In this document: positions 39,101 to 57,700 of the stretch, one piece after another
Position numbering within the stretch: the first letter of the stretch is position 1
Layout of the letters: each line of letters begins with the position of its first letter
Assembly (NCBI RefSeq): GCF_009914755.1
Contig: NC_060928.1
Source of the DNA: the human T2T-CHM13v2.0 reference genome, Homo sapiens
DNA: 64,000 bases
Reading direction: 5' to 3' (one strand)
Notes under the pieces: generated by a model
Told to the model about the DNA's origin: nothing
The model's input: the letters and a program-made list of their open reading frames with translations, nothing else
Databases searched by the model: none
Position numbers and translations under genes: made by a program

Positions 39101-41071
39101 CATCCCTGTTTGTCTCCAATGAGTCTGGTTCATACTAAGCACTCTACAAATATTTGTTGAAATAATGGATAAATAAATGGCTTTGGGCCACTGTTTTAGA
39201 ATCAAAGTGTCCTGAGGTGAGTACATATGGAAATTGCCCTTGAAGGACAGCAGCATTTCCTTAGTATTTTTTTGCCTATTTCAACTCTCAGTACTGAATA
39301 AAACCTCTCAGTAGACCTAAGATGATACAGCTGGACCAGAGCCAGAGTTTAAATTTTAGAGTAAGAGCTAAGGAAAAGTATCTTACCTGGGACAGCTCAT
39401 TTCAGAATATGAACCTTGGCTTAGATATCTTTGAAGCTAATTTCTGCCAAGTCCAAAGAACACACATGGGACCTGCAAAGGCATTCAGAGCCAGATTACC
39501 TGAGCTGCTTAAGTCTGGAACAGAAAAGGAGAAATGTCAGAAATAAAGCAAGAGAGTTTGTCACAGATGGAGCTGGAGTATCGGTGCTTGGCCTTTATGG
39601 ATCATCTGTCTCATGGCGGATGGTAGGAGCCAGCTAATTCAAGGTTCATCATCTAGACAGAAAGTGAGTAAATAATAGCTACACTTCCGACACATTTTTA
39701 AATTAATCTATGTGTATAAGGCACAGTGATAAGTTTAGTAGAGAAGGTAAAGTTGGATAGAGTCCAGCTTCTAATGCAAAATTCTTATTTAGCCTGTCTA
39801 CTTTCTTTGGCCGTGCTAGATTATTTATTTTTCGGTTTCTGGCATGATAATCTGATGATATGATCAGTCTACAAATACTTAAAATCATTCAGATATTATT
39901 GAGAATCATTCAATATATTAGATTTTGTCAGTTTTTTGGGGGGGTAAGGGGTGGTTATTGGCTTTTAAAAGCATTTTTGTATGTTGTTTTGCCTCTCCAT
40001 TTTCCTAAGATCCTTTTCCGAACTATTTGGAGCTGATTATTAATTAAATAAATGATACTATGATCACATAATGTAAAAAAAAAAATCTGAAATACAGGAT
40101 TGCCAAAATTGCAAAAGAGTAAGGAAATGAGGAAACTTCTCTTGGAAATAATTACATAAGAAATTTGTTTTGGAGATTAAAACATTATTATGACTTTGGC
40201 ATTCTGGAAACAACATTTAGGAAGTTGAGAGATGAATATATAAACCACAAATGAAAAAATAGCATACATAGCATAAAAACACAGACTTCAGCTAAGAAAA
40301 GTTTGAATAATCACAAAAACTTGATTTAAATATCATGCCATAGTATTTTCAATGTTCCGTATCCTCTACTTTTTCAGTCAGAAATATTTTTGGTTTAATT
40401 TTTTTTTCTTTCTGGGCTGTGTCCATATATTCAGAAGAGACATCTGAACAATACTGATTTCAGAGGGATGGTTCTGCTGGTGTGTGACTGAGCTAGTTCA
40501 TTGACTGACATTTTTGAAGTAGTTAAGGATACTAAAGAAATATGAGATTTAATTACATATTGTGGAAATTATGGTGAAAGTGGAGAAACAACTTGGTTGT
40601 GTGTAATATATCATCTGTATGACGCACATTAGAGTAAATATCTATTATCATATAAGATTGAGTGAGCATATATTGTAGCATCTGTGTATGATTGGACTAT
40701 GTGGATGGACAGATGAGGGGAACTCTTAACAGAGTCCGTAATAGTTACAAATGTGACTGTAATGAAACGCCAAACAAATCACCTATGAGACAAATGGCAT
40801 GAGCATGTCATAATGTCTATAAATAACTTGGCAAGATCTGTGAGCCTAGCATGGTCAGGAGTTGGGAAAACAGTATTTTTAATGTTCAACCAACTTTGTG
40901 TTGGCTGAATGCCTTATCCTCAACACTAAACTGCCATTATTACATTGTATTGCTAACTACAGTATTATTCCTCTTCATGTAGTTAATATTTGACCAATAT
41001 TTTTTAACGTCTATTCTATTAGGCATTTTTCTGAAATATAGAATTATGAGATGGAGTAGGCTTGGCCCTTA

Positions 41072-41777
41072 TTTTAAAGGAGAAAGGGAGAGGCCAGAGA
41101 TCAAATATCCCGGTTCCTCTGTAGCTGATATCTCCGGAAGATAAGCAGCCCAGACTTGAGTTTCTAGATGGATACAACCAGGTGCATGTCCAAGGCACAG
41201 AGGAGGGTATTTATAACCCATGGTAACATTAAATGCAGTGCCTTCTCCTGGTTGAGCAGGGCAACAGTCATCTGTGGCTCCAGGCATCCACACACTATCG
41301 TTAGTGTAGATTTCTGCAGGAGCATCTATCCAGGTGAGAGGTCGAATAAGTGGAGGAAAAGGCACATAAGCCCAGTAAGAATAATTTTGTGTAGCAGGTA
41401 AATCAGTGTGGGAGGAAACTGGAGAGACAGAAAGTATAAGGAGGAGAATCATTAAATAAAACCCATAGTAAGCGAGATTGAGTGCTGAAGGAGGAAGAGA
41501 AGAACAGAGGGATGTTACTTTCAGGCTAATAGAAATGGTGAGATTTTCAGGTTTGTAAAGAGAAAAAGAAAGGTAATCAGGAGAAGTGGGATTAGTTAGA
41601 TGGGTCTCCATTGCCACCAGGGAGGATTGAATCAGACCCATTGTGATTTGGTGTGCCTGCTTCTGAGGAGTTGGCACAGATCTCACCACGTCTGAGGGCA
41701 GTTTCTGACACGGACATCTTTTCCCTGTGGTTTTTGACAATCTCCTGGTGAAACACAAGCATATCCTCTTTCCCACA
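41072..41777 (-). pseudogene. HML-8 env N-terminal remnant (signal peptide and start of SU)
   Basis: LLLILSVSPVSS followed by YSYWAYVPFPPLIRPLTW...YKYPPLCLG, typical of HERV-K SU; truncated at ~41072. Confidence 0.82.
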
Positions 41778-43295
41778 TTAAGTAGAATCAGAGACAATAT
41801 TTAAAGGTTTGGGGAAATCCTCTAAGGCAGTAATTACAGCAATTAACTCTGCCTTTTGAGCAGAGGTATAAGAGGTAGAAATAAGCTTGTCTGTAGGACC
41901 TACATAACCAGCATTGCCATTACTGGAGCCATCAGTGAACACTGTAACAGCCTCAGGAATAGGCTGATCTATGGTTAATCGAGGGACCACCCAATACGTC
42001 ATTTTTATAAAATCAAACAATTTGTTCTTTGGATAATGATTGTCAATAACACCAATGAAATCAGCCAAGTGAATTTGCCACAGTACGGAATGTTGAAAGG
42101 CGGCTTGAACTTCGAGCCAATTTAAAGGAACTACAATTAAATTCCATTCAAATCTGGAAATTTTAAGTATTATACACCATGCCTGTCCAATTAGAGTAGC
42201 CTTTTGGTCCAGATAAACAGACAAAGTTTTTGACACAGAATGAGGAAGAAAACACCACTCCACTAAGTCATTATGTTGAACTATTCGTCCTGTAGGGGAG
42301 TGTAATGAAGCGAAAACCAGAAGCTGAAAAGGCTGAAACGGCTGTACTCTAGATAACTGGGTGGTCTGGATTCTTTCCTCTACGAATTTCAGTTCTAGTG
42401 AAGCCTCAGGGGTCAATGTCCTGAGACGGCAGAGATTGGAATCTCCCCACAGTATAGAAAACAAGTTAGACAGCTCACAGGTTGGAATGCCTGAAGTAGG
42501 TCTTAAATAATTAATGTTACCCAAAATTTTTTGGGAGTCATTTAAAGTTTTTAAAGATTCTCTCCTACTTTGAACTTTATGAGGTTTAGTACATTGTTTA
42601 TTGACCACCATTCCTAAATATTGAACAGGAGTGATCTGTTGAATTTTATCCTGAGGGATGTGTAATCCAGCTTCTGTAACATGGCAGCTCAAAATTTGAT
42701 AACAGTCAATTAATTTTTTATCAGTGGGGGCAGCAATTAAAATATTATCAATATAATGAAGAATATAGGCCTGGGGAAATTGGGCTCGAACTGGTGAGAG
42801 CACTTGTCCAACATAAAGCTGGTAGATTGTAGGGCTATTCAGCATTCCCTGAGGAAGTATTTTACATTGATAATTAACTGCAGGCTCCTGATTATTGATA
42901 GATGGTACAGTAAAAGCAAATTTTTCACAATCTGATTTACATAAAGCAATATGAAAAGCAATCTTTAAGATCAATAACTGTGAGAGACCAATTTTTAGGT
43001 ATTAAAGCGGGGGCAGGCATGCTGGGTTGGATGGCCCCCGTAGGTTTAATTACAGCATTAATGGCCCTTAAATCGGTTACCATCTGCCACTTGCCTGATT
43101 TCTTTTTTACTAGAAACACAGGAGAATTTCAAGGGGGAAGAGAAGGGTCCACATTTTAAAGTTGTAACTGTTCAGAAACCAAGTGAGTTAAATCTTCCAG
43201 TTTTTCTTTAGAAAGCGGCAACTGCTGAATCCAAACAGGTGTGTCAGATTTCCATTGTAAAGGGATAGGATCAGGAGGCATGGCAGCGGCTGCCA
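41778..43295 (-). pseudogene. HML-8 pol remnant (RT and N-terminal RNase H; integrase largely deleted)
   Basis: [31 protein letters not shown] (catalytic YxDD mutated, 42755-42744), FTDGSSNG, SAQKAEL, NIVSDS. Confidence 0.88.
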
Positions 43296-43640
43296 CTAAA
43301 AAGGATAACCTAAACCTGCCCTGTTTTCTTTTACAGTAACTGGAAGGGATTTAGTAATCCCTTCATGCTTTGGACTGAGACCAAGCCCAGGAACAAACCC
43401 CATGTTTTCCATCGTATGCTGACTGGGAGCACTATAAGAGTTATGTGGAATATTAATTTCAGCCCCAGTATCAACTAGGCCCTCAAACTTTTTTACTTGA
43501 ATGTGTATGGTGTAGGTGGGCCATTGTTTAGAAATTACATTAATCCAATAAGCGGCTTTTTCACCATCAGAGCCCATCCTAGGGCCACGTGTCTTACCTC
43601 CTTTGTTTAAAATGATATTAGGTAATAAAAGCAATTGAGC
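43296..43640 (-). pseudogene. HML-8 pro remnant (dUTPase tail, partial protease, G-patch)
   Basis: AQLLLLP, GLVDTGA (DTG at 43472-43464), G-patch MENMGFVPGLGL...RAGLGYPF. Confidence 0.8.
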
Positions 43641-44650
43641 TTGTTTAACAGTAGTAAAAGAAGCAGAAGGTTGGCCTGGGGCACGTAATTTATTGTAAGC
43701 TCTCATACACAACTTTGTTGCTTGTTTTGTGGTAAGAGCATCAAAGCCTAATTGGGCATAAGTATTAGAGAAACTATCGGAGCCTGTGAGTTGAGCCTGA
43801 GTAATTAGAATGCCATTAGTCCGATTTAGCTGAGCCTGCAAATGGGCCTCTTCTGACCACCAGGCTGAGATGGGGTTAGAATAGCTTTTGCCAAAAGGTC
43901 TGAGTCTAAAGGAAGTAAAACGACCTCAGTACAAAAAGTTTGTACCATTTTAACATAAGAAGAAGTAGGGCCATACTGAGTACCAGCATCCTTAAATTAT
44001 TTTAAAAAGGTAAGATTGAGAGGTACATAATGATGCAGACTGGTTGAGGAACCGAAACAACAGTAGGTTGAGGGGCTGCAGTGGATGGGGAGGGCCTGGA
44101 GAATTATAGGTAAATTGTAGTTTGGTTCTGGAGCCATTAGCTGATGTGGGAGGTTTGAAGAGAGAAGAATTAGCATATCTATGGTTCCAGGCTGTGTGAG
44201 TCGCAGCCGCAGGAGCTTCAAGTACCAGCTCTTCCTGAAAAGAAAATAAGTAAGGGGTAATGTTAAGCCAAAGTCACCAGAGTTAGACATTGAATTGTCA
44301 GCATCATTAGGTAGGGGAGGAGTAGTTGAAGGGAGAGGCTGATCAGATGACGAAGGCTGTGCAGGAGAGGAAGGTTGAGAAGGTATTAGGATGGCACTTA
44401 CCAAGGCCCTATCACCCCAAACAGTGACAGGAACATAATTCCCTGTCGAGACCAGTTCTCAGAATGTTGAACCAACATGATCCCATAGTTTTACATATAC
44501 AGTTCCTTTTTCAGGAAACCAAGGACAGTATTTTCCCACTGCCCTGAATAGAGTGACCATATTTTCCATGGGCACTCAAACCCTTTTCTGTTTTAACTGG
44601 AGTGTAATATAGAAGAGATAAGTATAATTTTTATACTCTGTGTGACCCAT
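43641..44650 (-). pseudogene. HML-8 gag remnant (MA, partial CA), disrupted
   Basis: ATG at 44650 reads MGHTEYKNY...CPWFPEKGT (betaretroviral matrix), with stops and frameshifts; no NC zinc knuckle seen. Confidence 0.75.
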
Positions 44651-44786
44651 AGTTAAACTGGACCATACACAGACTACTCACCAGTCGTCAGGGAGTCAAA
44701 CAAGCATCTCTGTGGACCAAACCAATGACATTTCTCCACACCTGCCAAAGGGAATCGGGTTCCCACATGCATTTAGGAAAAAAGAA

Positions 44787-44804
44787 AGACCATGTTGGGT
44801 GTCA
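44787..44804 (-). promoter_or_regulatory. Primer-binding site, degenerate tRNA-Lys type
   Basis: TGACACCCAACATGGTCT 2 nt after the LTR; compare the Lys1,2 PBS TGGCGCCCAACGTGGGGC. Confidence 0.75.
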
Positions 44805-44806
44805 GA

Positions 44807-45876
44807 TATCAGGGGAACCTGCCCCTGATAATTCAATGTGAGTCCTTTTCTATTTTCCTTAGGTGTTGGCCAGTCTGAGAAATGAAGGGAAAGAATACAA
44901 AAGAGAGAAATTTTAAAGCTGGGTGTCTGGGGGAGACACCACATGTCTGCAGGTTCCATGATGCCCCCCAAGCCGCATAACCAGCAAGTTTTTATTAGTG
45001 ATTTTCAAAAGGGGAGGGAGTGTATGAATAGGGTGTGGGTCACAGAGATCACATGCTTCACAAGGTAATAAAATATCACAAGGCAAATGGAGGCAGGGCG
45101 AGATCGCAGGACCAGGGCAAAATTAAAATTGCTAATGAAGTTTTGGGCATGCATTGTCATTGATAACATCTTATCAGGAGACAGGGTTAGAGAGCAGACA
45201 ACCGGTCTGACCAAAATTTATTAGGTGTGAATTTCCTAGTCTTAATAAGCCTAGGAGTGCTATGGGAGATTGGGACTTATTTCATCCCTTATTTACAACT
45301 GTAAAAGACAAACGTCCCTGCAGTGACCATTTTAGAGGCCTACCCCTAGGAACGCATTCTCTTTCTCAGTGCTGTTCCTTGCTGAGAAAAAGAATTCAGT
45401 GATATTTCTCCTATTTGCTTTTGAAAGAAAAGAAATATGTCTCTGTTCCACCTGGCTCTCAGGCAGCCAGACCTAACGGTTATCTCCCTTGTTCCCTGAA
45501 CATCACTGTTACCCTGTTCTTAAGGTGCCCAGATTTCATATTGTTCAAACACACATGCTCTGCAAACAATTTGTGCAGTTAACGCAATCATCACAGGGTC
45601 CTGAGGTGACATACATCCTCAGCTTATGAAGATGATGGGATTAAGAGATTAAAGTAAAAACAGGCATAGGAAATTATAAGAGTATTGATTGGAGAAGTAA
45701 TAAATGTCCATGAAGTCTTCACAATTTATGTTCAGAGATTGCAGTAAAGACAGGTGTAAGAAATTATAAAAGTATTAATTTGGGGAACTAATAAATGTCC
45801 ATGAAATCTTCACAATTTATGTTCTGCCATGGGTTCAGCCAGTCCCTCTGTTTGGGGTCCCTGACTTCCCACAAGA
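44807..45876 (-). mobile_element. MER11-type LTR (~1070 bp, MER11C-like), 5' LTR of the provirus
   Basis: Minus strand begins tcttgtgggaagtcagggacccc, contains the MER11 repeat gaacataaattgtgaagatttcatggacatttat twice, and ends ggttcccctgata. Confidence 0.88.
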
Positions 45877-46811
45877 GTTACACTGGTATTTTCATAGGGG
45901 CTGCATTGAATCTTTAGATTTATTTAAGCAGTATGGTCATTTTAACAATATTAAGTTCTCTGATTCATGTGCATGTCTTTCCATTTGTTTGTGTCATCTT
46001 CAATATCTTTCATCAGCATTTTGCAGTTTTCCTTGTAGAGATCTTTCACTTCCTTGTTAAATTTATTAGAGGGTAGTTTAATTTTTTGTAGGTATTGTAA
46101 ATGGGATTGCCTTCTTGATTTCATTCTTGGTTAGATAAATATTGGTGTATAGAAAGGCTACTGATTTTTGTATTTGATCTTGTATCTTGAAAGTTTACTG
46201 AGTTCATTTATCAAATCTAAGGTTTTGTTGATAGAGTCATTAGGTTTTTCTCCATATAACATATCATTAGCAAAGTGGGACAATTTGCCTTCCTCTTTTC
46301 CAATTTTTTTGGCTTTTGTTTCTCTTACCTGATTGCCTCTGGCTAGGACTTGTATTACTATGTTGCAAAGAAGTGGTGAAAGTGGGCATCTTTGTCTTGC
46401 TTTAAATCATAGAGAAAAGGCTTTCCATTTTTTCCCATTCAGTATGATGTTAGCTGTAGGTTTACTATATATGGCCTTTATTATTTTGATGTATGTTTCC
46501 TTTATTCCTGTTTGTTGAGAGTTTTTATTATGACGAGATAGTGCATTTTATCAAATGATTTTTTTCTACATTTATTGAGGCAATCATATGGTTTTTGTAC
46601 TTCAGACTGTTGATGTAATATATCACATTTATTGATTTGCATATATTGAACCATCCTTGCATCCATGATACCAATCGAACCTGATTATGATGTATTATCT
46701 TTTTGATATAATGTTTTATTTGGTTTGCTAGTATTTTGTTGAGGATTTGATGTCTACATTCTTTAGGGATATTGGCCTGTAGTTTTCTTTTGTTGTTGTA
46801 TCCTTGTCTAG

Positions 46812-47111
46812 TTTTTTTTTTTTTTTTTTTTGAGACGGAGTCTCGCTCTGTCCCCCAGGCTGGAGTGCAGTGGCGCAATCTCGGCTCACTGCAACTCCAC
46901 CTCCCGGGTTCACGCCATTCTTCTGCCTCAGCCTCCCGAGTAGCTGGGACTACAGGCGCCTGCCACCATGCCCGGCTAATTTTTTGTATTTTTAGTAGAG
47001 ACGGGGTTTCACCATGTTAGCCAGGATGGTCTCGATCTCCTGACCTCGTGATCCACCCGTCTCGGCCTCCCAAAGTGCTGGGATTACAGGCGTGAGCCAC
47101 CGCGCCCGGCC
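46812..47111 (-). mobile_element. AluY
   Basis: Full length; TSD ccttgtctagtttt at 46802-46815 and 47112-47125. Confidence 0.9.
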
Positions 47112-47239
47112 CCTTGTCTAGTTTTGACCTTAGGGTAATGCTGGCAGCTTAGAATGAGTTGGGGAGAATGCCCTCCCCTTCAAATTTTTGGAATAGTTTC
47201 AGGAGAACTGGTGTTAGTTCTTTGTACATTTGGTAGAAT

Positions 47240-47533
<294 letters not shown>

Positions 47534-48316
47534 TGGTAGAATGTTTTTATGATTTTATCTGATTCTGGGCTTTTCTTTGTTGGAAGACTTTTTGTTACAG
47601 ATTCAATCTAGCTACTCATTATTGGTCTGTTCATATTTTCTATTTCTCCCTAATTCAATCTTTGTACATTGTATATTTTCAGTAATTTTGCCATTTCCTA
47701 TAGGTTTTCCAGTTTGTTAATGTATAGTGGTTCATAATGATCTTTTGTATTTCTGTGGTATCACCTGTAATGTCTCTTTATTTGCTTATTATTTTGTTTA
47801 TTCTGATTTTGTCTTCTCTCTTCTTGGATAATCAAGCTAGTGGTTCATAAATTTTGTTTATCTTTTTGAATAACCAACATTTTTGTTGATCCTTTGCACT
47901 TTTGTCTCTATTTCATTTAGTTCTTTTCTGATATTTATTATTTACTTTCCTATGTTAATTTTGGGGTTGGTTTATTCTTGCTTCTCTAGTTCCTTGAGGC
48001 AAGTTGTTAAATTGTTAGTATGTAATCTTTCTCCTTTTTTATTTTTTTTATTTTAACTTTTATTTTAAGTTCAGGGGTACATGTGCAGGTTTGTTATATA
48101 GGTAAACTTGTGTCATGGGGGTTTGTTGTAGAGATTACTCCATCAACCAGATATTAAGCCTAGTAACCATTAGTTACTTTTTCTGATCTTTTTCTCCTCC
48201 CACCCTAACTCCATCTTCCAATAGGCCATAGTGTGTCTTAGTTCCTTATATGTGTCCATGCGTTCTTATCATTTAGCTCCCACTTGTAAGTGAGAACATG
48301 CGGTTTTTGATTTTCT

Positions 48317-50987
<2,671 letters not shown>

Positions 50988-52463
50988 TGATGGTCATTTA
51001 GGTTGATTCCATGTCTTTGCTATTGTGAATAGCACTGCAATGAACATATGTGTGCATGTGTCTTTTTAATAGAATGATTTACCTTCCCTTGAGTATATAC
51101 CCAGTAATGTGATTGCTGGGTTACATGGCATTTTTTCTAATACTCTGTTGAACAGGTGTAGTGAGAGAGGGCATCCTCATCTTGTGCCGATTTAGAAGGG
51201 GAATGCTTCCAGCTTTTGCCCATTCAATGTGACATTGGCTGTGGGTTTGTCATATATGGCTCTTATTATTTTGAGGTATGCTCCTTCAGTACCTAGTTTA
51301 TTAAGGGTTTTTAATATGAATGGGTATTGAATTTTATCAAATGCCTTTTCTGCATCTATTGAGAAAATCACGTGGTGTTTGTCTTTAGTTCAGTTTATGT
51401 GATGAATCATTTTTATTGATTTGCATATGTTGAAACAACCTTGCATCCCAGGGATAAAGCCTACTTAATTGTGGTGGATAAACTTTTTGATGTGCTGCTG
51501 GATTTGGTTTGCCAGTATTTTGTTGAGAATTTTTGCATTGATATTCATCAAGGATATTGACCTGAAATTTTCTTTTTTTGTTGTATGTCTGCCAGGTTTT
51601 GGTATCAGAATGATGCTGGTCTCATAAAATGGATTAAAGAGAAGTCTCTCCTCCTCAGTTTTTTGGAATTGTTTCAGTAGGAATGGTACCAGCTCTTGTT
51701 TGTACATCTGATACAATCAGTTGTGAATATGTCTGGCTCTGGGCTTTTTTTGGTTGATAGGCTATTTATTACTGCCTCGATTTCAGAGCCTATTAATTGA
51801 TCTATTCAGGGATTCAATTTCTTTCTGGTTCATACCAGGGAGGGTGTATGTGTCCAGTGATTTATCTATTTTTTCTAGATTTTCTAGTTTACCTACATAA
51901 AGGTGTTCATAATATTATCTGATGGTTGTTTGTCTTTCTGGGGGTCAGCGGTAAAATCCCCCTTGTTGTTTCTAGATGTGTTTATTTTAATCTTCTCTTC
52001 TTTCTTCTTGATTGGTTTAGCTAGTCTTCTATATATATGATTAATTTTTTCAAAAACCAGTTCCTGAATTTGTTGATACTCTGAATGGTTTTTCATGTCT
52101 CAACCCCCTTCAGTTCAGCTCTGATTTTGGTTAATTTCTTATCTTTTGCCAACTTTGGGATTGATTTGCTTTTGATTCTCTAGTTCTTTTAGTTGTGATG
52201 TTACATTTTTAAATTGATATTTTTCTAACTTTTTGATGTAGACATTTAGTACTATAAATTTCCCTCTTAGCACTGCTTTGGCTGTGTCTCAGAAATTTTG
52301 GTATGTTGTATCTTTGTTCTTATTAGCTTCAATAAATGTTTCCTTTCTGCTTTAATTTTATAACTTACCTGAGAGTCATTCAGGAGCAGATTATTGCATT
52401 TTCATGTAAAAGTATAATTTTGAGTGAATTTCTTAGTCTTCAGTTCTAATTGGATTGCATTGT

Positions 52464-54722
<2,259 letters not shown>

Positions 54723-57700
54723 GCAGTGGTCCAAGAGATAGTTTGTTTTGATTCCAGTTCTTTTGCATTTGCTAGGGAGTGATTTACTTCCAATTATGTG
54801 ACTGATTTTAGAGTATGTGCCATGTGGCAATAAGAAGAATGCATATTCTGTTATTTTGAGGTGGAGAATTCTGTAGATGTCTACTAGGTCCGTTTGATCC
54901 AGTACTGAGTTTAGGTCCTGAATATCTTTGTTAATTTTCTGTCTCTAATACTGTCAGTGGAGTGTTGAAGTCTCACACTATTATTTTGTGGGAGTCTATG
55001 TTTCTTTGTAGATCTCTAAGAATTGCTTTATGAGTCTGGGTCCTCTTGTGTTGGGTGCATATTTATTTAGGACAGTTATATCTTCTTGTTGAATTTAACC
55101 CTTTACTATTATGTAATGCACTTCTTTGTCTTTTTTGATCTTTGTTGGTCTGTTTTGTCAGAAATTAGGATTTCTATCCCTGCTTTTTTCTGTTTTCTGT
55201 TTGCTTGGTAGATTTTTCTCCATTTCTTGATTTTGTGACTCTCTGTGTCACTGAATGTGAGATGGTTTTCTTGAAGACAGTATACCAACGGGTCTTGGTT
55301 CTTTATCCAGCTCACCACTGTGCACCTTTTAGTTGGGGAATTTAACTCATTTACATTCAAGTTTAGTGTTGATATGTGTGGATTTGATCATGTCATCATG
55401 TTTTCAGCTTGTTATTTTTCAGACTTGTTTATGCTCAGCACAGTTCTTGATGTGGCTGCTTTATAGTGTCACCGGTTTGTGTACTCCAGTGTGTTTTTGT
55501 AATGGCTAGTAATGGTCTTTTCTTTCCACATTTAGTGCTTCCTTCACATGCTCTTGTAAGGGGGGTCTGGTGGTAATGAATTCCCTCAGAATTTGCTTGT
55601 CTGAAAAGAATTTTATTTCTCCTTCACTTACGAAGCTCAGTTTAGCCAGGTATAAAATTCTGGGTTAAAATTTCTTTTCTTTGAAAATGTTGAATATTGA
55701 CCCTCAGTCTCTTTTGGCTTGTATGGTTTCTGCTGACATGTCCACTGTTAGTCTGATGGACTTCCCTTTGTAGGTGATCTGACCTTTCTCTCTAGCTGCT
55801 TTGAACATTTTTTGTTTCATTTTGACTTTGAAGAATCTGATGACTATGTGTCTTGGGGATCATCTTTTTGTGAAGTATCTTACTGAGGTTCTTTGCACTT
55901 CATGAATTTGACTGTTGTCTTCTCTAGCTATGTTGGGGATGTTCTTATGGATTATATCCAGAAATATATTTTTCAAGTTGGTTCTATTCTCTCCATCTCT
56001 TTAAGGGACACCAATGAGTTCACAGATTGGGTCTCTTTACATAATCCCATATTTCTCAGAGATTTTGTTTGTTCCTTTTCATTATTTTTTCTCTATTCTT
56101 TTCTGACTATCTTATTTCAGAAAGTGAGCCTTCAAGCCATGAGATTCTTTCCTCTCCTTGGTCTATTATGCTATTAATACTTATGCTTGCATTATGAAAT
56201 TCTTGTAGTGAGTTTTCAGCTCTATCAGATTGGTTACATTCTTTTCTGTACTGGCCATTTGGTTTGTCAGCTTCTCCATTGCTTTATCATGATTTGTAGC
56301 TTTCTTGAATTGTGTTTCAGCATATTCCTATAACTCAGTGATCTTTCTTCTTAACCATATTCTGAGTTCTATTTCTGTTGTTTAAGCCATTTCAGCCCTG
56401 TTCAGAACCCTTGCTGGAGAGGTGATATGGTTGCTTAGAGGAAGGAAGGCACTCTGGCTTTTTGAATTTTCAGAGTTCTTGCACTGATTCTTTCTCATAT
56501 TTGTGGGCTTATCTTCCGGTGATGTTGGCTTAAGTGCAGGGCACTGGCGAGCACAGTTCTGTGTGCCTTCTCTATGCCCTGCAAGCAGGAGTGATTTCTC
56601 AGGGCAGAGAAGGATCTATTGTTCTCTGCGTGGTGTTAGTGCAAGAACAGGCAACTGGTGGGGCTGGGACTGGCTGTCTCTGTCCCCGGCAAGACTCAGT
56701 CTGTGATGGTGGTTACCATTGGGAGGGGTGAGGACCGCATGTATTCCTGTGCGCTGGCAGGACAAGGAAAGCAAAATCTGCCACCTGCAGGCAGACACCA
56801 GCAAAGCAATGTGGGGAGTAGCAATGGATGTGGGGGAAGCTTCAGTATGGGGAGGGAGAATGCAGGCTGGTGTGTGGCTGTAGGGGCTGCTCTGCTGGAT
56901 CTCTTCACCAGTCAGGCATGAGTCTGCCAGTGCAGAAGCTATGGGGTGGGCCTCCAGGGTATGCAAGGTTTCCCTGCAAGCAGCTATGGTCAGTCAGGGC
57001 CCTGGGAGAGGTCAGCAGACCAAGAGGTGCTCAGATTGGACCAGCCCTATCTGATGGGCAAGACTGCCCCATAGAGTTCAGGACTTGACAGTTCCACTAG
57101 GGCTAAAGTCTCCTATAGGAGCAAGTCAAGCCTAGGGATGGTCATCACTGGCTGTACTCTGCTACAGATGCTCCCGCACCAAACCTTCTGGGCTCCACAT
57201 CAGCTGGCTTGCTGCCCCTACCACTTCCCTAAGCAGCTCTCCCTGCCAACTCAAGTGTCTGTGATGGTAAAGAGGTCTCCTCCTACTGGTTTCCAGACAC
57301 CTGTGGGGAAAGCAGGTTGCTCCTTACCAGTTCAACTCACCCATTCTCCTGGAGCCATTGGGAGCTAGGAAGGAGTCTGGGTGTGCTGTAGCCCCATGTA
57401 GGGTTCCCCACTTTCTCCCCCTTCAGCTCAGCTTCTGTGTCTTCTATCCACCCATACTCTGTGCCTTCTCTCTGCAGATTTGTTAGGAGCATGCTAGTCA
57501 TCTCAGTTCCTCAGTTGGAGCTGCTTGACCCAGCTGCATCTAGTCAGCCCTCTTGCCCTCCCAAATTCTCCTTTTTAATATAGGCATTTATTGCTATAAT
57601 CTTGCTTCTTAGCACTGCTTTTTCTATATACCACAGGTTTTGGTATGTTGTGTTTCCATCTTCACTTTTTTCATGGAATTTTTAAATTTTCAAATTTTCA

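Larger units (their letters stand above)
41072..45876 (-). mobile_element. HERV-K(HML-8)/HERVK11 provirus, internally deleted and 3'-truncated (no 3' LTR)
   Basis: MER11-type 5' LTR, Lys PBS, then betaretroviral gag, pro, pol and env remnants in the correct order. Confidence 0.88.

Noticed and set aside
39850-41040. Possible ancient hAT transposase remnant on the minus strand
   Set aside because: Only vague motif resemblance by eye; cannot be supported without an HMM search
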